The position numbers and the translations under genes are program-made. From positions 26,474,001 through 26,538,000 of the forward strand of contig CM060733.1 in the NCBI GenBank assembly GCA_030704615.1: DNA of 64,000 nt, given 5' to 3'. Below the pieces are notes generated by a model that had not been told where the DNA came from, did no database searches, and saw nothing but the letters and a program-made list of their open reading frames with translations. Below, in pieces: positions 11,917 to 24,900 of this stretch. This DNA is from Takakia lepidozioides (Eukaryota; Plantae; Bryophyta). Numbering within the stretch: the stretch's first letter is position 1; every line of letters begins with the position of its first letter.

Positions 11917-14900
11917 TCAATGATTTCTGGAATCCCTAAGAAGGAGTTTGTGCAGCTCGTTCACGCTCAACGCCGGTGCATGAATAAAGTCATCAATAGT
12001 CACGTTCATCCTCAACCTCTTCAGGTAAATGTAATACAGATGCTTGCACGGATAATACTTCGAACCCTTCTTTGCTTCCATCAACGAGAAGTCCGTACAG
12101 TTGCAAGTCGGCTCCACTCCAATCGTAATTGTGTATACATCGTCGCGTACAGCCGAGCCGGCCGTTGCCATCCGATACACACGCCCAAGGCCGGGTGGGG
12201 GTACGTCCACGGAGCTCTGAATAGTGCAAGCCATCCCAAGAGCATTGGCAATCCGAGTCTCATTCAACTTGTTGGGAGGGTGTCGTCTCTTCACTCTTCC
12301 GAATCGCATTGTGGGATGTGCAGAATTGTCCAATCCGTCTCTACTGGACCGAGCAGTATGCAATGGCTGGGTCTGAGGAACCGGAAATGCGTGGGCCGGG
12401 ATGTCTGTGCGTTGCAACCATTCGAAATCCTGCTGCAGATAGAGCATCCGCCTCATTCTGAGAGAGGCTGCAACCCGGTGCAACAGGCCAGACGCCCGGA
12501 GGCTCCGGCATTCCCTGAATCCCGTACTTGGGCTTGCCAAATACACAGGTCATTATGTCGTGCCTACAGAACCAAAATGTCTGCGTTGTGGCGTGAGCAA
12601 ATGTGGGAGTCAAAAATCTGCCGCTGAAACAAGGTGCAGGTACAGCACCGTGTGGGTTCCTCCGAATCATCTCACCACAGCGTGCTCTCGTATCCACCCG
12701 GATGGCGCAACACTTCCCTCGAAATGCCGGCAATGTCCTCGCAATTCTCCACTGTGACTCCGACACTCTTGTCTCCACAATGGGAATGTTGTATTGCTTT
12801 ACTACAGATGGCTCGTTATGTTGCCGGGGCACGCGCCCTGTGCTCAAAGGAGATGGCGATCTTGAACGTGCAGGACTTCCGGTGCTCGACGAGACCTCCT
12901 CGGACAACATCACCGGACCACGAGGGAGCGTGCGAATATTCTTGTCAGCTCGCCATGAATCCTCTTCTCCGCCAGGTGCCTCGTCAAGTCTTCGTCTCAC
13001 TGGACGGGTATGAACATCTCCTTCCAAATGTTGGCCTCTTCGCAGCAATGGCGTGTCCCGAAGGCCCTCTCGCAAGGCCGCCGCCCACTTCCGAGGATTC
13101 TTCGATCTGGAGGCAGTCCGCATCAGCATTTCCTGCCTGTCCGGCCCCAAGCCCCACTGTTTCCCTTTCAAGAACTCGTTGTACCTGCATTGCTGCATAA
13201 TTGACCTCACAATGTCCTCCGTTGTGGCAGTGAGGATGTCCAACCAGATGCGCCGCAGAGGAGGCACGCCAGGAAGAGTGCACTGATTCGGCCATGTTTG
13301 TCGTGGGCATGTCGGTGTCGGAGTCGAGACACATTTCCTGCACAAGCACATGTTGAGGTTACAAGCAAGTTACAAATATGGCCAAGAATAATATCCAACG
13401 GGACGCGAATTCGTGCAACTCACCTCCCGCATATAGTCGCCGAACTGGAGGAAACGATAATGCCACCATGCTAGCCAACTGACCATTGCTCCTTCGTCTG
13501 ATTTCCTTACAGCACCTGACGATGTCCACCAAGCCCGTATGCATGCAAACTGTGTCTCTGCATCATCCAAGGTGGGAGCGCGCTTCCACGCAAGGCACAT
13601 GGAACGGTGCTCCTCTCTGAAATCTGGCGCCACGAGCCTGGTTGTGTACTGCGAAAGGCTCTGCAGAAAGTGGAACCCACAAGATCTCTCCTTGCCTTCC
13701 ATGGGAACATTGGGGTCTTGCCCGTACACCCTTCGGATGGCAGCCCAATTTGCTTGTGCGTTGTCCGCCATGAAACCACGGAAATTGGGAGGGGGCAATC
13801 CCGCCTTGGCCATCTGTTCGTTTATTCCCTGCCAAAGAAGCATCTCCGATTGTGTGTCCTCTCCTTTCATCTCACAAATAGCAATTGTCATTAGCATCCT
13901 GCAGTGGGTGTCGTAGACATGTGCACCCATTGTCACCCACTGGTGATTTGTAATTCGCTTGATATGGTCGAACATGACCCAACTGTTTGACAAGTTCCCA
14001 CTCGTCATCCTGTCGACCAGTTCGACGCCACTGCCAGGTCCACACGTGGACATTTTGAATACGAAACAACGATCTGCCTCAGTCCCTTGTCCTGGAAACC
14101 TACTTCCATGAATGTAGTCATATCCACATCGTCGCTTCACCTCCAGAATGGAGTGCATATCCGAGCCACGCCCAATTTTCTGTTTGCAAGAGACAATGTG
14201 GTTTCGGACATTCGGTGAACATACGTGGGACACCGACTCGAGCAATGCCTCCATTTCCTTCTCGTCGAGAGGAACTCTATCCGAGCCGTCTTCCGACATA
14301 ATTCTGGCCAATGCCATCTTATGGGCGGCTTGGAGCTGTATCTGTTTGGGTTTGGCACCCGGTCTCAACTTAACCTCCTCCTGAACGAGCTGCTCTGCTT
14401 CGTGGGCAGCCTCCCGCGAGTTCCCCCTCGCCAATTTGTGACAATGGGAACCAACGTGTATGCAAGCTCGGGTGAGGTCAGGGAAACGGTGCAACACATA
14501 GAACTGCTTGGCATTACAAACAGACATGCAGTGTGGTGGTTCTTTGCAATGCGCACACTTAAATGTGGAGTTCGGAACCTTCTCCTGAGCTCGAAATGGT
14601 TGGTGAGCTGTGCCTGTCCAATCGGTCTCGTTCTTGTGACCTCTGGATTTAAAGTGGAAGCAAGTTGGGGAGAAACACCGCAACGCGCCCGCACAAACAA
14701 CGTAGCGCACCCGCACACCATCAAGCATCTTCATGCTGGTGGTTTTGGTAACGCACCAAGGATGACCGTCATGTTTTCTATCCATATCTGTCAACATTCC
14801 GGACGCCCTCGAGTAGTCCGCCCGAGGAGGGAACTCAAAGAAGACATTACCGTCGACGTCGGCGGGAAGGCATGTAACCGATTTAATTGCGAACTTGCTG

Positions 14901-15511
14901 TAGTCCAGCCCGGCCAGCTCCGACCGGTGTCCCTCCAGGTGAAGCCCTCGCAGAATTTCTAGAATAGATCGAACTGCGGTGCTCGTGCTGGGAATATGAC
15001 TCCCTCCTCCACTGACGTCCATTGAGGACTTGCCTGATCTCCAGGACGACCTCGGAACTTCCATGACCTCGTCTGAGTCGGACAGGTTGTGAACAACCCG
15101 GTTCTCGGTCGTCTTCATGGATGGGTTCGGCTCTGGATTTACTTCGTTGCGGACTTCTCTCTTTGAGGTACCCACTCTCTGATTCGCGGATTGTTTCGTG
15201 GAAGGCGCCAGGATAGACGGTGCATTTGGCGGGCAAATGAAGTCCCCAACAGCCCTGTATATGACGCTGTCCGATGGTGGAACTCGCCATTCCCTGCCAT
15301 CGCCGAAATCATCGTGGAGCACAACAATACTCTCGACAACAAGGCCGTTTGAGTCCTTCCTTTCCTCCTCCAAAAAAACCGACCCCGGTTTCAGGTGGTA
15401 TCGAACGCACAGATATTTCTCCATCACCCGGCAGGTGTCCCCTCTGCACGGAAATGAAGCTCTATGCTCGTGAGGAGGGCAGTACACTGTAGCGCTCGGG
15501 TTTTCCGCCAT
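11917..15511 (-). CDS. Divergent MULE-like DDE transposase with GCM/WRKY-like Cys/His region and C-terminal SWIM finger (two apparent frameshifts)
   Basis: Exon 15511-13424, intron 13423-13338. Motifs: WCVTKTT...CAGALRC...CAHC...HVGSHCH; VMFDHIKR (D1); FMADNAQANW (D2); SCGFHFLQS (CxxH); TTNMAESVH (E); CNCTDF...PCKHL (SWIM). Frameshifts near ~13250 and ~12400. Confidence 0.75.
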
Positions 15512-15789
15512 GGGAGATGTGCACACAAGACTGCCAGGATGGCGTGCGGGGAAGCTCCCTGGTAGAAGGGGGTGCAGCGATGGGAATGAATGCGATGCCG
15601 ATTTGTCCGAGCGACGAAGCCTGATCCAAATCCAGGGAGCCAACTATCTCAAAAATCCACAGTCAGAGTGTTAATGAACCTTGTCTCCGGAATGCGGCCC
15701 TCGTCTTTGCGCAATAACTGCCAACGGTATGCAGTCAGAAAGTGGGGGGCCGTCCGGATGATGACGGCTGAAGGGGATAAGCCGGCACC

Positions 15790-18750
15790 GTGCCGTCACA
15801 TTACTACCCCCGAATGGAAATTCGGCACCCAACATCCAACAGAGGAAGCCCGGATGAAGTCGCCTCGGGCGCAGAGGCCGGAGTGTGTGCGACAGATAAC
15901 ATCTTCTGGATGGAGATTCGGCGCCGAATTTCCATCCGGTCCCCCCAAAGGGAGTCGTGTCGGGGGGTCAGGCCGAAAACTGGACGGCATAAAAACATCC
16001 CCAGATGGAAAAACGGCGCCGAATTTCCATCCGGGGCGATTCGGATGCAGTCGGGGAGGGGGGAGTGGCCTGCAGTTGGCTGTCACATTTCAACCCCCGG
16101 ACGGAAATTCGGCAACGAATATCGAACAGGGGACGCCCGGATGAAGTCGCCTGGGGCACAGAGGCCGGCCAGTGTGCGACAGAGAACATCCCCTGGACGG
16201 CCATTCGGCGCCGAATTTCCATCCGGGCCCCCCCAAAGGAAGTGTTGTCGGCGTGTCAGAGCGAAAACTGGCCGACATAAAAACCTCCACAGATGAGAAA
16301 ACGGCGCCGAATTTCAATTCGGGGCCGTTCCAATGAAGTCGGGGAGGGGGGAGAGGTCGGAACCTGGCAGTCATATTTCAACCCCCGGGACGGAAATTCG
16401 GCACCGAATATCCAACAGAGCGGCGGAGAGGCGGCACCTCTCCGACAGAGACCATCCCCCGGATGGAGATTCGGCGCCGAATTTCCATCCAGCAGGTAAG
16501 TGGAATCTCGGATGGATGGAGATTCGGCGCCGAATTTCCATCCAGCAGGTAAGTCGGATCGGTGCCATATGGATATTCGGCGCCGAATTTCCATCCTGCA
16601 GGTAATTCGAATCGTGGATGAATGGAAATTCGGCGCCGAATTTCCATCCAGCAGGTAAGTCGGATCGGTGCCATATGGATATTCGGCGCCGAATTTCCAT
16701 CCTGCAGGTAATTCGAATCGTGGATGAATGGAAATTCGGCGCCGAATTTCCATCCAGCAGGTAAGTCGGATCGGTGCCATATGGATATTCGGCGCCGAAT
16801 TTCCATCCTGCAGGTAATTCGAATCGGGATGAATGGAAATTCGGCGCCGAATTTCCATCCAGCAGGTAAGTCGGATCGGTGCCATATGGATATTCGGCGC
16901 CGAATTTCCATCCTGCAGGTAATTCGAATCATGGATGAATGGAAATTCGGCGCCGAATTTCCATCCAGCAGGTAAGTCGGATCGGTGCCATATGGATATT
17001 CGGCGCCGAATTTCCATCCTGCAGGTAATTCGAATCGTGGATGAATGGAAATTCGGCGCCGAATTTCCATCCAGCAGGTAAGTCGGATCGGGCCATATGG
17101 AATTCGGCGCCGAATTCCATCCTGCAGGTAATTCGAATCTGGATGAATGGAAATTCGGCGCCGAATTTCCATCCAGCAGGTAAGTCGGATCTGCCATATG
17201 GATATTCGGCGCCGAATTTCCATCCAGCAGGTAAGTCGGATCGGTGCCATAGGATATTCGGCGCCGAATTCCATCCTGCAGGTAATTAAATCGTGGATGA
17301 ATGGAAATTCGCGCCGAATTTCCATCCAGCAGGTAATCGGATCGTTGCCATATGGATATCGGCGCCGAATTTCCATCCATAGGTAATTACCGACCATCCT
17401 GCAGGTAATTCGAATCGTGGATGAATGGAAATTCGGCGCGAATTCCTCCAGCAGGTAAGTCGGATCAGTGCCGTGGATATTCGGCGCCGGATTCCACTCG
17501 CCATTTATTCTGAGCGAGGAATTACCTTCGTGCAGGTATTTCCCATATAAGAATTACCTCGTGCAGGTAATTCGCATACAAGAATTACCTTGTGCAGGTA
17601 ATTTCCAGATGACAATTACCTTCCTGCAGGTAATTCCAATCGATGCATTCCTCGTCCAGAATTACCTGCACAAAGGTAATTCTCATCTGGAAATTACCTG
17701 CATGAAGGTAATTCTTGTATGTGAATTACCTGCACGAAGGTAATTCTTATATGGGAATTACCTGCACGGAGGTAATTCCTCGCTCAGAAATAAATGGCGA
17801 TCGAAATTCGCGCGCGAATATCCAATGGCACCGATCCGACTTACCTGCAGGATGGAAATTCGGCGCCGAATTACCTGTGAAGGAAATTTGGCGAACCGCC
17901 CTACCTGCGCGGATGGAAATTCGGCGCCGGATTTCCATCCGCGCGCATCCGAATTACCTGCTTGAAGGAAATTTGGCGCACCGCCCTACCTGCGCGGATG
18001 GAAATTCGGCGCCGGATTTCCATCCGGGCGCATCCGAATTACCTGCGCGATGGAAATTCGGCGCCGGATTTCCATCCGCGCGCATCCGAATTACCTGCTT
18101 GAAGGAAATTTGGCGCAGCCGCCCTACCTGCGCGGATGGAAATTCGGCGCCGGATTTCCATCCGGGCGCATCCGAATTACCTGCGCGGATGGAAAATTCG
18201 GCGCCGGATTTCCATCCGCGCGCATCCGAATTACCTGCTTGAAGGAAATTTGGCGCACACCGCCAATCCTAACGCGGATGGAAATTCGGCGCCGGATTTC
18301 CATCCGCGCGCATCCGAATTACCTGCGCGGATGGAAATTCGGCGCCGGATTTCCATCCGCGCGCATCCGAATTACCTGCTTGAAGGAAATTTGGCGCACC
18401 GCCTAACCTGCGCGGATGGAAATTCGGCGCCGGATTTCCCATCCGGGCGCATCCGAATTACCTGCGCGGATGGAAATTCGGCGCCGGATTTCCATCCGCG
18501 CGCATCCGAATTACCTGCTTGAAGGAAATTTGGCGCACCGCCATCCTAACGCGGATGGAAATTCGGCGCCGGATTTCCATCCGCGCGCATCCGAATTACC
18601 TGCGCGGATGGAAATTCGGCGCCGGATTCCATCCCGCGCGCATGCCGAATTACCTGCTTGAAGGAAATTTGGCGAACCGCCCTACCTGCGCGGATGGAAA
18701 TTCGGCGCCGGATTTCCATCCGCGCGCTTCCGAATTACCTGCGTGAGGGA
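15790..18750. repeat. Intergenic palindrome arrays: ~287-bp units (15.8-16.45 kb), 106-bp dimers (16.47-17.49 kb), central inverted repeat (~17.44-17.87 kb), ~140-bp units (17.85-18.75 kb)
   Basis: Core TGGAAATTCGGCGCCGAATTTCCA is a perfect 24-bp palindrome, present with variants. Periods read directly: GGTGCCATAT at 16561/16667 (106 bp); GAAGGAAATT at 18101/18241/18382/18521. Confidence 0.92.
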
Positions 18751-18969
18751 AATTCCGGGACTGTTTTCGTCTATTTTCTTCCGACATGGAGGGCTTCATC
18801 CGACATTTAATTGCGCAGTTGGGCAATAAATGTCGACGGCCGTCGCTTATTATTCGGGCTGGCGACGCATGGCTTCCTGGACACGTACCCTAAATCTCAT
18901 GCTATACTTGGCTTAACATGGTATTCCAGGCATGTACCCCAAAAAAGGAGATCTTTTTGGCTGGGACTT

Positions 18970-21900
18970 ATGCCGCCTGAAGGGCGTGGCTCTCCTGAGA
19001 GAGACCTCAGATCCAGACCGCGGCGGAAGTTGAAAGCTCTGTACTACGGACGACGGCCAATCTCTCGCATGGCCAAACTGAAGCTCCAGCAGGAGATTCC
19101 AGTGTCTTGCTCACAACCTGCGCCAACTGAAGCCGAGTACTCTCAGGCAAGCCACTTCTGCTTTCGGTTTGTTCGATTTCTTTTTTTGCTTTCGCTTCGT
19201 TATCCTCGCCTCGCTTTGTTTCTGCATCTTCATCCTGGCTTTGCTTTATGAGTGAACTTTAGATAGTTGACTGAACCTTAGATTGTTTGCAATGCGTGTG
19301 CAAATCCGGCAGCTCTGGAGAAGGCTGCTTGTGCATGTCATTCTTAGGCAATGGTTGCATTTGTTTTCATTGTTGTTGCATGGCTCTCCATACTTCCTAA
19401 ACTTGTTATGTTTTCATTTTTGCTACATGATTTGCTGCTATGGTGGTTGCGCTGCTGCTTTTTGCACCACTGTTGGTGTTCACGATTTTTGTCAATCACA
19501 GAGTGACGACGAGCCCGGCACGCTGGTGGTATCATCGACAGCTCCAACTCATCGCATGTTTGAATCGCCCAACTTGGGGCGAGAGGGCAAACTTAAATCT
19601 TTTGTTGGTGGACGGGAGGACTTGCAACGAGATTACGATAGAGTAGGCATTGGGGAGGTTGGTGCAGGCGGCATGGCAGGTGAAGGGCGTGAGGACATGA
19701 GGACAGCAGATCCGGCAATGGAGGTTGTTCATGCACATGCAGTAGGGCCCGCCCACGCAAAGAAAAAGAAGAAAGCTAAGCACATGCAATCCCCGGCGAG
19801 AGAGCAGTCACGGGCTGCGGAGGGGGGAGTGAGCAGTGCGCGCGAGGGTGTCAGTTCGCCTCAATCAAAGGTGGTCGTCCTGGAGGGCTCCCCTGTTGCT
19901 AGCCCTAGTAAGAAACAGAAAGCCCGTGAGAGGGCAAAAGAGAGGGCAAAAGAACAGACGAGACAGAATGCTAGCAAGGAGGAAAGACAAAAGGCAGCTG
20001 AAGAGGCCCGGGGTGCCCAAATGACAGATGCCAATGTAAGCGAGGGACACACAGAGACGGTGGATCCCTACAAGACACCACAGAGAGGCAGTAGCACACC
20101 GGTTAGACCATCGCGGGCAAGTGCAGCCCCCGCAATTACCCATACGGTGGAGAGTGGAGGAGAGGAAAGAACACCTGAAAGAGCACCGATTGTGCAAGTT
20201 CGAGGTGAAGCCAGGGAGAGGGCAGTAGAGACGACGAGAGTGCTGGAGGTGGTTTCGCAGGTGGCTGACCCTGTTGAGGAGGACGACATGGATGTTTCTG
20301 ACCAGGATGACATTCTCCCGGACATCCCCAGGCCCCAAACCCGGAGCATACAGGCTGGATTTGGCGGTCTTGGTGGGCTGCCGGAAAACCCCTCTGCAGC
20401 AGACGTCATGTCTGAGGCGGATATGAAGTTGGCCGCTGCCAAGATGTTGGAGGCAACCCACAGCAACATTGGCAGGGTGCTGGGGGGCATGGTGTACCCG
20501 GCCAAGCTTCGAATTCCCCTTTGCCGCTTGGTGTCATTGCAGGTGGTGAGACCTGCCCTCCCAGGCGATATCGACAAGCTGAAATTCTCTTTCCGGGATG
20601 GATATCGAATGGGGTCTGCCGCCTTTTACGTTTCCATTGAGAACGACCACGGAGCTTCCCGTGCCCACACTTCCGATGAGGTGGACAAATGGGGTCCCCA
20701 TTGGCAAACGCGAAATGAGGAGTTCGAGAGATCGATTGCTAGTGATCCTCTTTTCCAGCACATGTCCGGTAAGATGTTCTACGTGTGGGACGGCAATCAT
20801 CGCCTCCTGGCATGGATGGAGCACATTGCCCAAGCCCACCCCAACGATCTCGATTGGCATTTCGCCGTCGATTGTGTTGTGCTGAAGGTTGCGGGGCCCA
20901 AAGATCGCAGTCTTCTCAAAGCTGCAATGGCCGACATCAACTCGTAAGCTACAACCCCTCTCGCTTTTGGACTTTGAATTTGGAAGTCATTTCATTGCGA
21001 ATCCTCATATATGATGAAAATTCCCATTTCAGTATTGTTTGATGGAAATGTGGCACTGCAGGGTGACTGAGAATGCCTTCATTGCCACCCAACTTGTCCC
21101 ATATGCTCTTCCGAGTGAAGGATGTCGGGAGGCAGGGGGTGGAAGAGTTTGCCAATCCCTCAGTGCCGACCTCCTGCGCAAGTCGGAGGCAAAGGCAGAC
21201 AGAACCTGGTATAGGGCTGAGCGTCGACGCCATGGTGGACTACATATTTCGGGTAAAGCTCCTGCAGTTTTGTTGAGCTAATTTGTCTCTCCTCCCCCAA
21301 TAGAAGAAATTGTGTTGAGCAGGATCTCTAATCTTATGTGCTGCTTTTCGACAGACGAAAATACAGCAGGATTTGGCACATGCGCGGAGGTTCTACATGG
21401 AGTCAGAGGAGAAGAATCCAACCCTCCCGGAACTCGAATCGTATGTCAAAGCTGCGGAGGTGAGGGCCCGCATAAAGTACAAGTCGCGGATGGTAAAGTA
21501 CGTGGCCATAGCTGATCCGCCTCCGCCTTGGTGCCGACTTTCTGGTGGAGGTGGGAAAGCACTACTCTCGCGCTCTGAAGCCCACGATGACATTGGAGAA
21601 GCTCCATCGTCTAGCCACATCCTGTGTGGATGCAACAGAAAAGGTGATACATTCTTAACCAAATTGTGGTGGCAACAACTCCTTTTTGTGGTGTTTGGCG
21701 CTTACGAATATGCTGGGTGGTTGGACAGACCCGGTGGCTCCAAATCTGGAATGGTTCCCAAAGTACCAGGGACATGTGGAGCTTCCCCAAACCGGACAAA
21801 CTCTCTGACCCCACATTCGACATGTGGATGAACCGCATGACATGGTGGTTTCAGGTACTTCCCCACGCTTCGTTTGGGGCTTGTACTCTAGTAGGGGGTT

Positions 21901-24900
21901 GATTCATTGTATTTTTTGAGGAAAGCGATCTGATGGACAATCTCCACAGGTGACGACGAATGCGCAAGAGCAGCTGGACACACAAGCACATCAGTTCAAG
22001 ATGGAGATATCTCCTGCAGCAGAGAGCCTGCGTGACTATGTGACGAGGTACTTTCTGCTCTACAAAACCAACCTATTCTTTCGGGAGATAGCAGATGCTC
22101 GCCGGAGCCACGAGTTCACCGACCAGCCGAACGCGGACAAAGCAGCAATGCGCCTTCTGTACAGGTACATACGCGCTGCCTTTCTTTCAAGTCCTGGCAT
22201 TTCAGGATGTTAGAGGCCTAAGTGGTGTTAGGGAAAATGGCGCCGAATTTCCAGTCAGGGCTCCGAAAATGGCAAAGTCCCTAGACTGGCTGGCCCGGAA
22301 CTGGAAATTCGGCGCCATTTTCCAGTTCCAGGCCCTATTGCCGTTCAGGGACTTAGCCATTTTCGGGCTAAGTCCCTAGTGTGGCTGGCCCGGAACTGGA
22401 AATTCGGCGCCGTTTTCCAGTTCTAGGCCCTATTGCCGTCCAGGGACTTAGCCATTTTCGGGCTAAGTCCCTAGACTGGCTGGCCATGAAGTGGAAATTC
22501 GGCGCCATATTCCAGTTCCAGGCCCTATTGCCGTCCAGGGACTTAGCCATTTTCGGTCTAAGTCCCTAGGGTGGCTGGCCCGGAACTGGAAATTCGGCGC
22601 CGTATTCCAGTTCTAGGCCCTATTGCCGTCCAGGGACTTAGCCATTTTCCGGCTAAGTCCCTAGACTGGCTGGCCCTGAAGTGGAAATTCGGCGCCATAT
22701 TCCAGTTCCAGGCCCTATTGCCGTCCAGGGACTTAGCCATTTTAGGTCTAAGTCCCTAGGGTGGCTGGCCCGGAACTGGAAATTCGGCGCCGTATTCCAG
22801 TTCTAGGCCCTATTGCCGTCCAGGGACTTAGCCATTTTCGGGCCAAGTCCCTAGACTGGCTGGCCCTGAAGTGGAAATTCGGCGCCATATTCCAGTTCCA
22901 GGCCCTATTGCCGTCCAGGGACTTAGCCATTTTCGGTCTAAGTCCCTAGGGTGGCTGGCCCGGAACTGGAAATTCGGCGCCGTATTCCAGTTCTAGGCCC
23001 TATTGCCGTCCAGGGACTTAGCCATTTTTGTGTAAGTCCCTAGGGTGGCTGGCCCGGAAGTGGAAATTCGGCGCCGTTTTCCAGTTCCAGGCCGTATTGC
23101 CGTCCAGGGACTTAGCCATTTTCGGGCTAAGTCCCTACACTGGGTGGCCCTGAAGTGGAAATTCGGCGCCATATTCCAGTTGTAGGCCCTATTGCCGTTC
23201 AGGGAGTTAGCCATTTTCGGACCTCATTGGGTTTTTCATGAATGCAGGTACTGTAAGTTCTCGCTTTTGGAGAAAGGTCATCTGTCTTTCGAGCCACCAT
23301 TCTTCCTGGCATGGAGGAACCCTGGGGCTGACTCCATGTACACTGACGATATTGTGAAGGAGTGGCATCTGGAACATTTGCGTGATTGCCCTTGGTATGT
23401 GGACCTTCCGCCCGGCTCGCTCGACCCATCCGAGTTTCAATTGAAGCTGGATGCTGAATTCCGACGAAACCGGGCTCCGCTGCCTCCGTTGGGTGCAAAA
23501 GAGGCAAAAGCGCTTGCGAACTCCAGGAAAGCGGCAGAGCTTGCTCAGGCAGGAATTCAAGAGAAATTGCATGAGAAGAGTAAAGGTCAAAGGAAAAGGA
23601 CAAGGAAACAGGTGACTGCAGTAACACCCAAAAAGAAGAAAACCATCGGGGCATCGGAGGAGGCGCAGGAGGGGACCCAAGAGAGTGACTCCGACGCCGA
23701 TTTTGTTCAAGGTCCTGCGACTGCTGTTGCTCCTACCCAGTCACCGGTCGTCCGGGTTCCCAAGTCAGTTCGGAGTGGGACTGGCTCTGCCAAGAAGTTG
23801 GCATTTGAGGGCGAGCCTACACGGCGGTATTCGGCGGTGACGTTTACGCACAGGCCAAAGCTAGAACCTCCAACCATCATCCAATGCGTCAATGAGAGCT
23901 TCCTTGACGCTCTCGCTGCCAGGGCGAAGAAGGTGGCACACAACAAGTCTCTGGCGGAGCAGAAGGGAAAAGCCAAGAAGAGGGCTGCCGGTACAGAGCC
24001 TAAAGACACCCCTGGTTTTGAAGCCATGATGGAATTCTTCACGGCTGTGAGCACGAATTGCAAGAGCACTCGGGGGGGGGTTGAGGTGGAGAGAGCTTGC
24101 GACATGATTCTCCTCGACATTCCAGATGGGAGCTGCTGGAGGGCCTGGATGGTGTGCCCACCTGGAACAGGTTTACTGAGGACTACTGGAAAGCCGGGTT
24201 TGGGCTGGCGGGGATGCTTCTGGATGACGGTGGATGTGTGGTTGTCCTTGCCACGAGAGGGAAGACCACAGAGAATGCGGTGGCAAGGTGGACACCGAAA
24301 AGTGTCACCCCGGTCCTCCTCAGAAAATGGTTCTGCATCAGTACGCAGGGGTTGCGAACAGAGGGCCAAAGTGTAAGTTATCAATCTATTGCATTCACTT
24401 CATATTGTGGTGTATGTTAAGTAGACCCTGGAATTGATCCCTTCTTTGTTGGATGTGCAGACATTGGTGTTTGAGGCATATTGCTTTGTGAAGAGAGGGT
24501 CTACGTTCAAATTCCGCAACGACGGTCGTCTTGTTGATGCCGCTGTGGACCCTGTAACCTACGATGTCCTCTACAACTATGTGCCCCACTCTAGTATGCC
24601 GAAGGACACAAAGACAGGCAAACCGTGGCGGTACAGCCGGACCCGAAGCCCTGCTTTCATCCAAACCCTCATGGAGACGTGCTCGGATGTCCAAGGGCGG
24701 ATTCTGGACATCACATGCGGCACGGGTAAGCCTTCACGTGCTCAGTTTGTCCCCTGGCCCGATTGCAATTGCATGCCGCAAGCTATTAACCGCCCGCTTT
24801 GTTCCTCAGGTGCTTCAATGTGGGCAGGGACGTTGTCCGACAGGCATGTGTTCGCCTTCGAGCCAGATACTGCCCTCCACAACTCGGAACTTGCAGCGGC

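Noticed and set aside
16470-18750. CRISPR array (regularly spaced palindromic repeats)
   Set aside because: The sequences between palindromes are themselves repeated rather than unique spacers; there are no cas genes; the context is eukaryotic.
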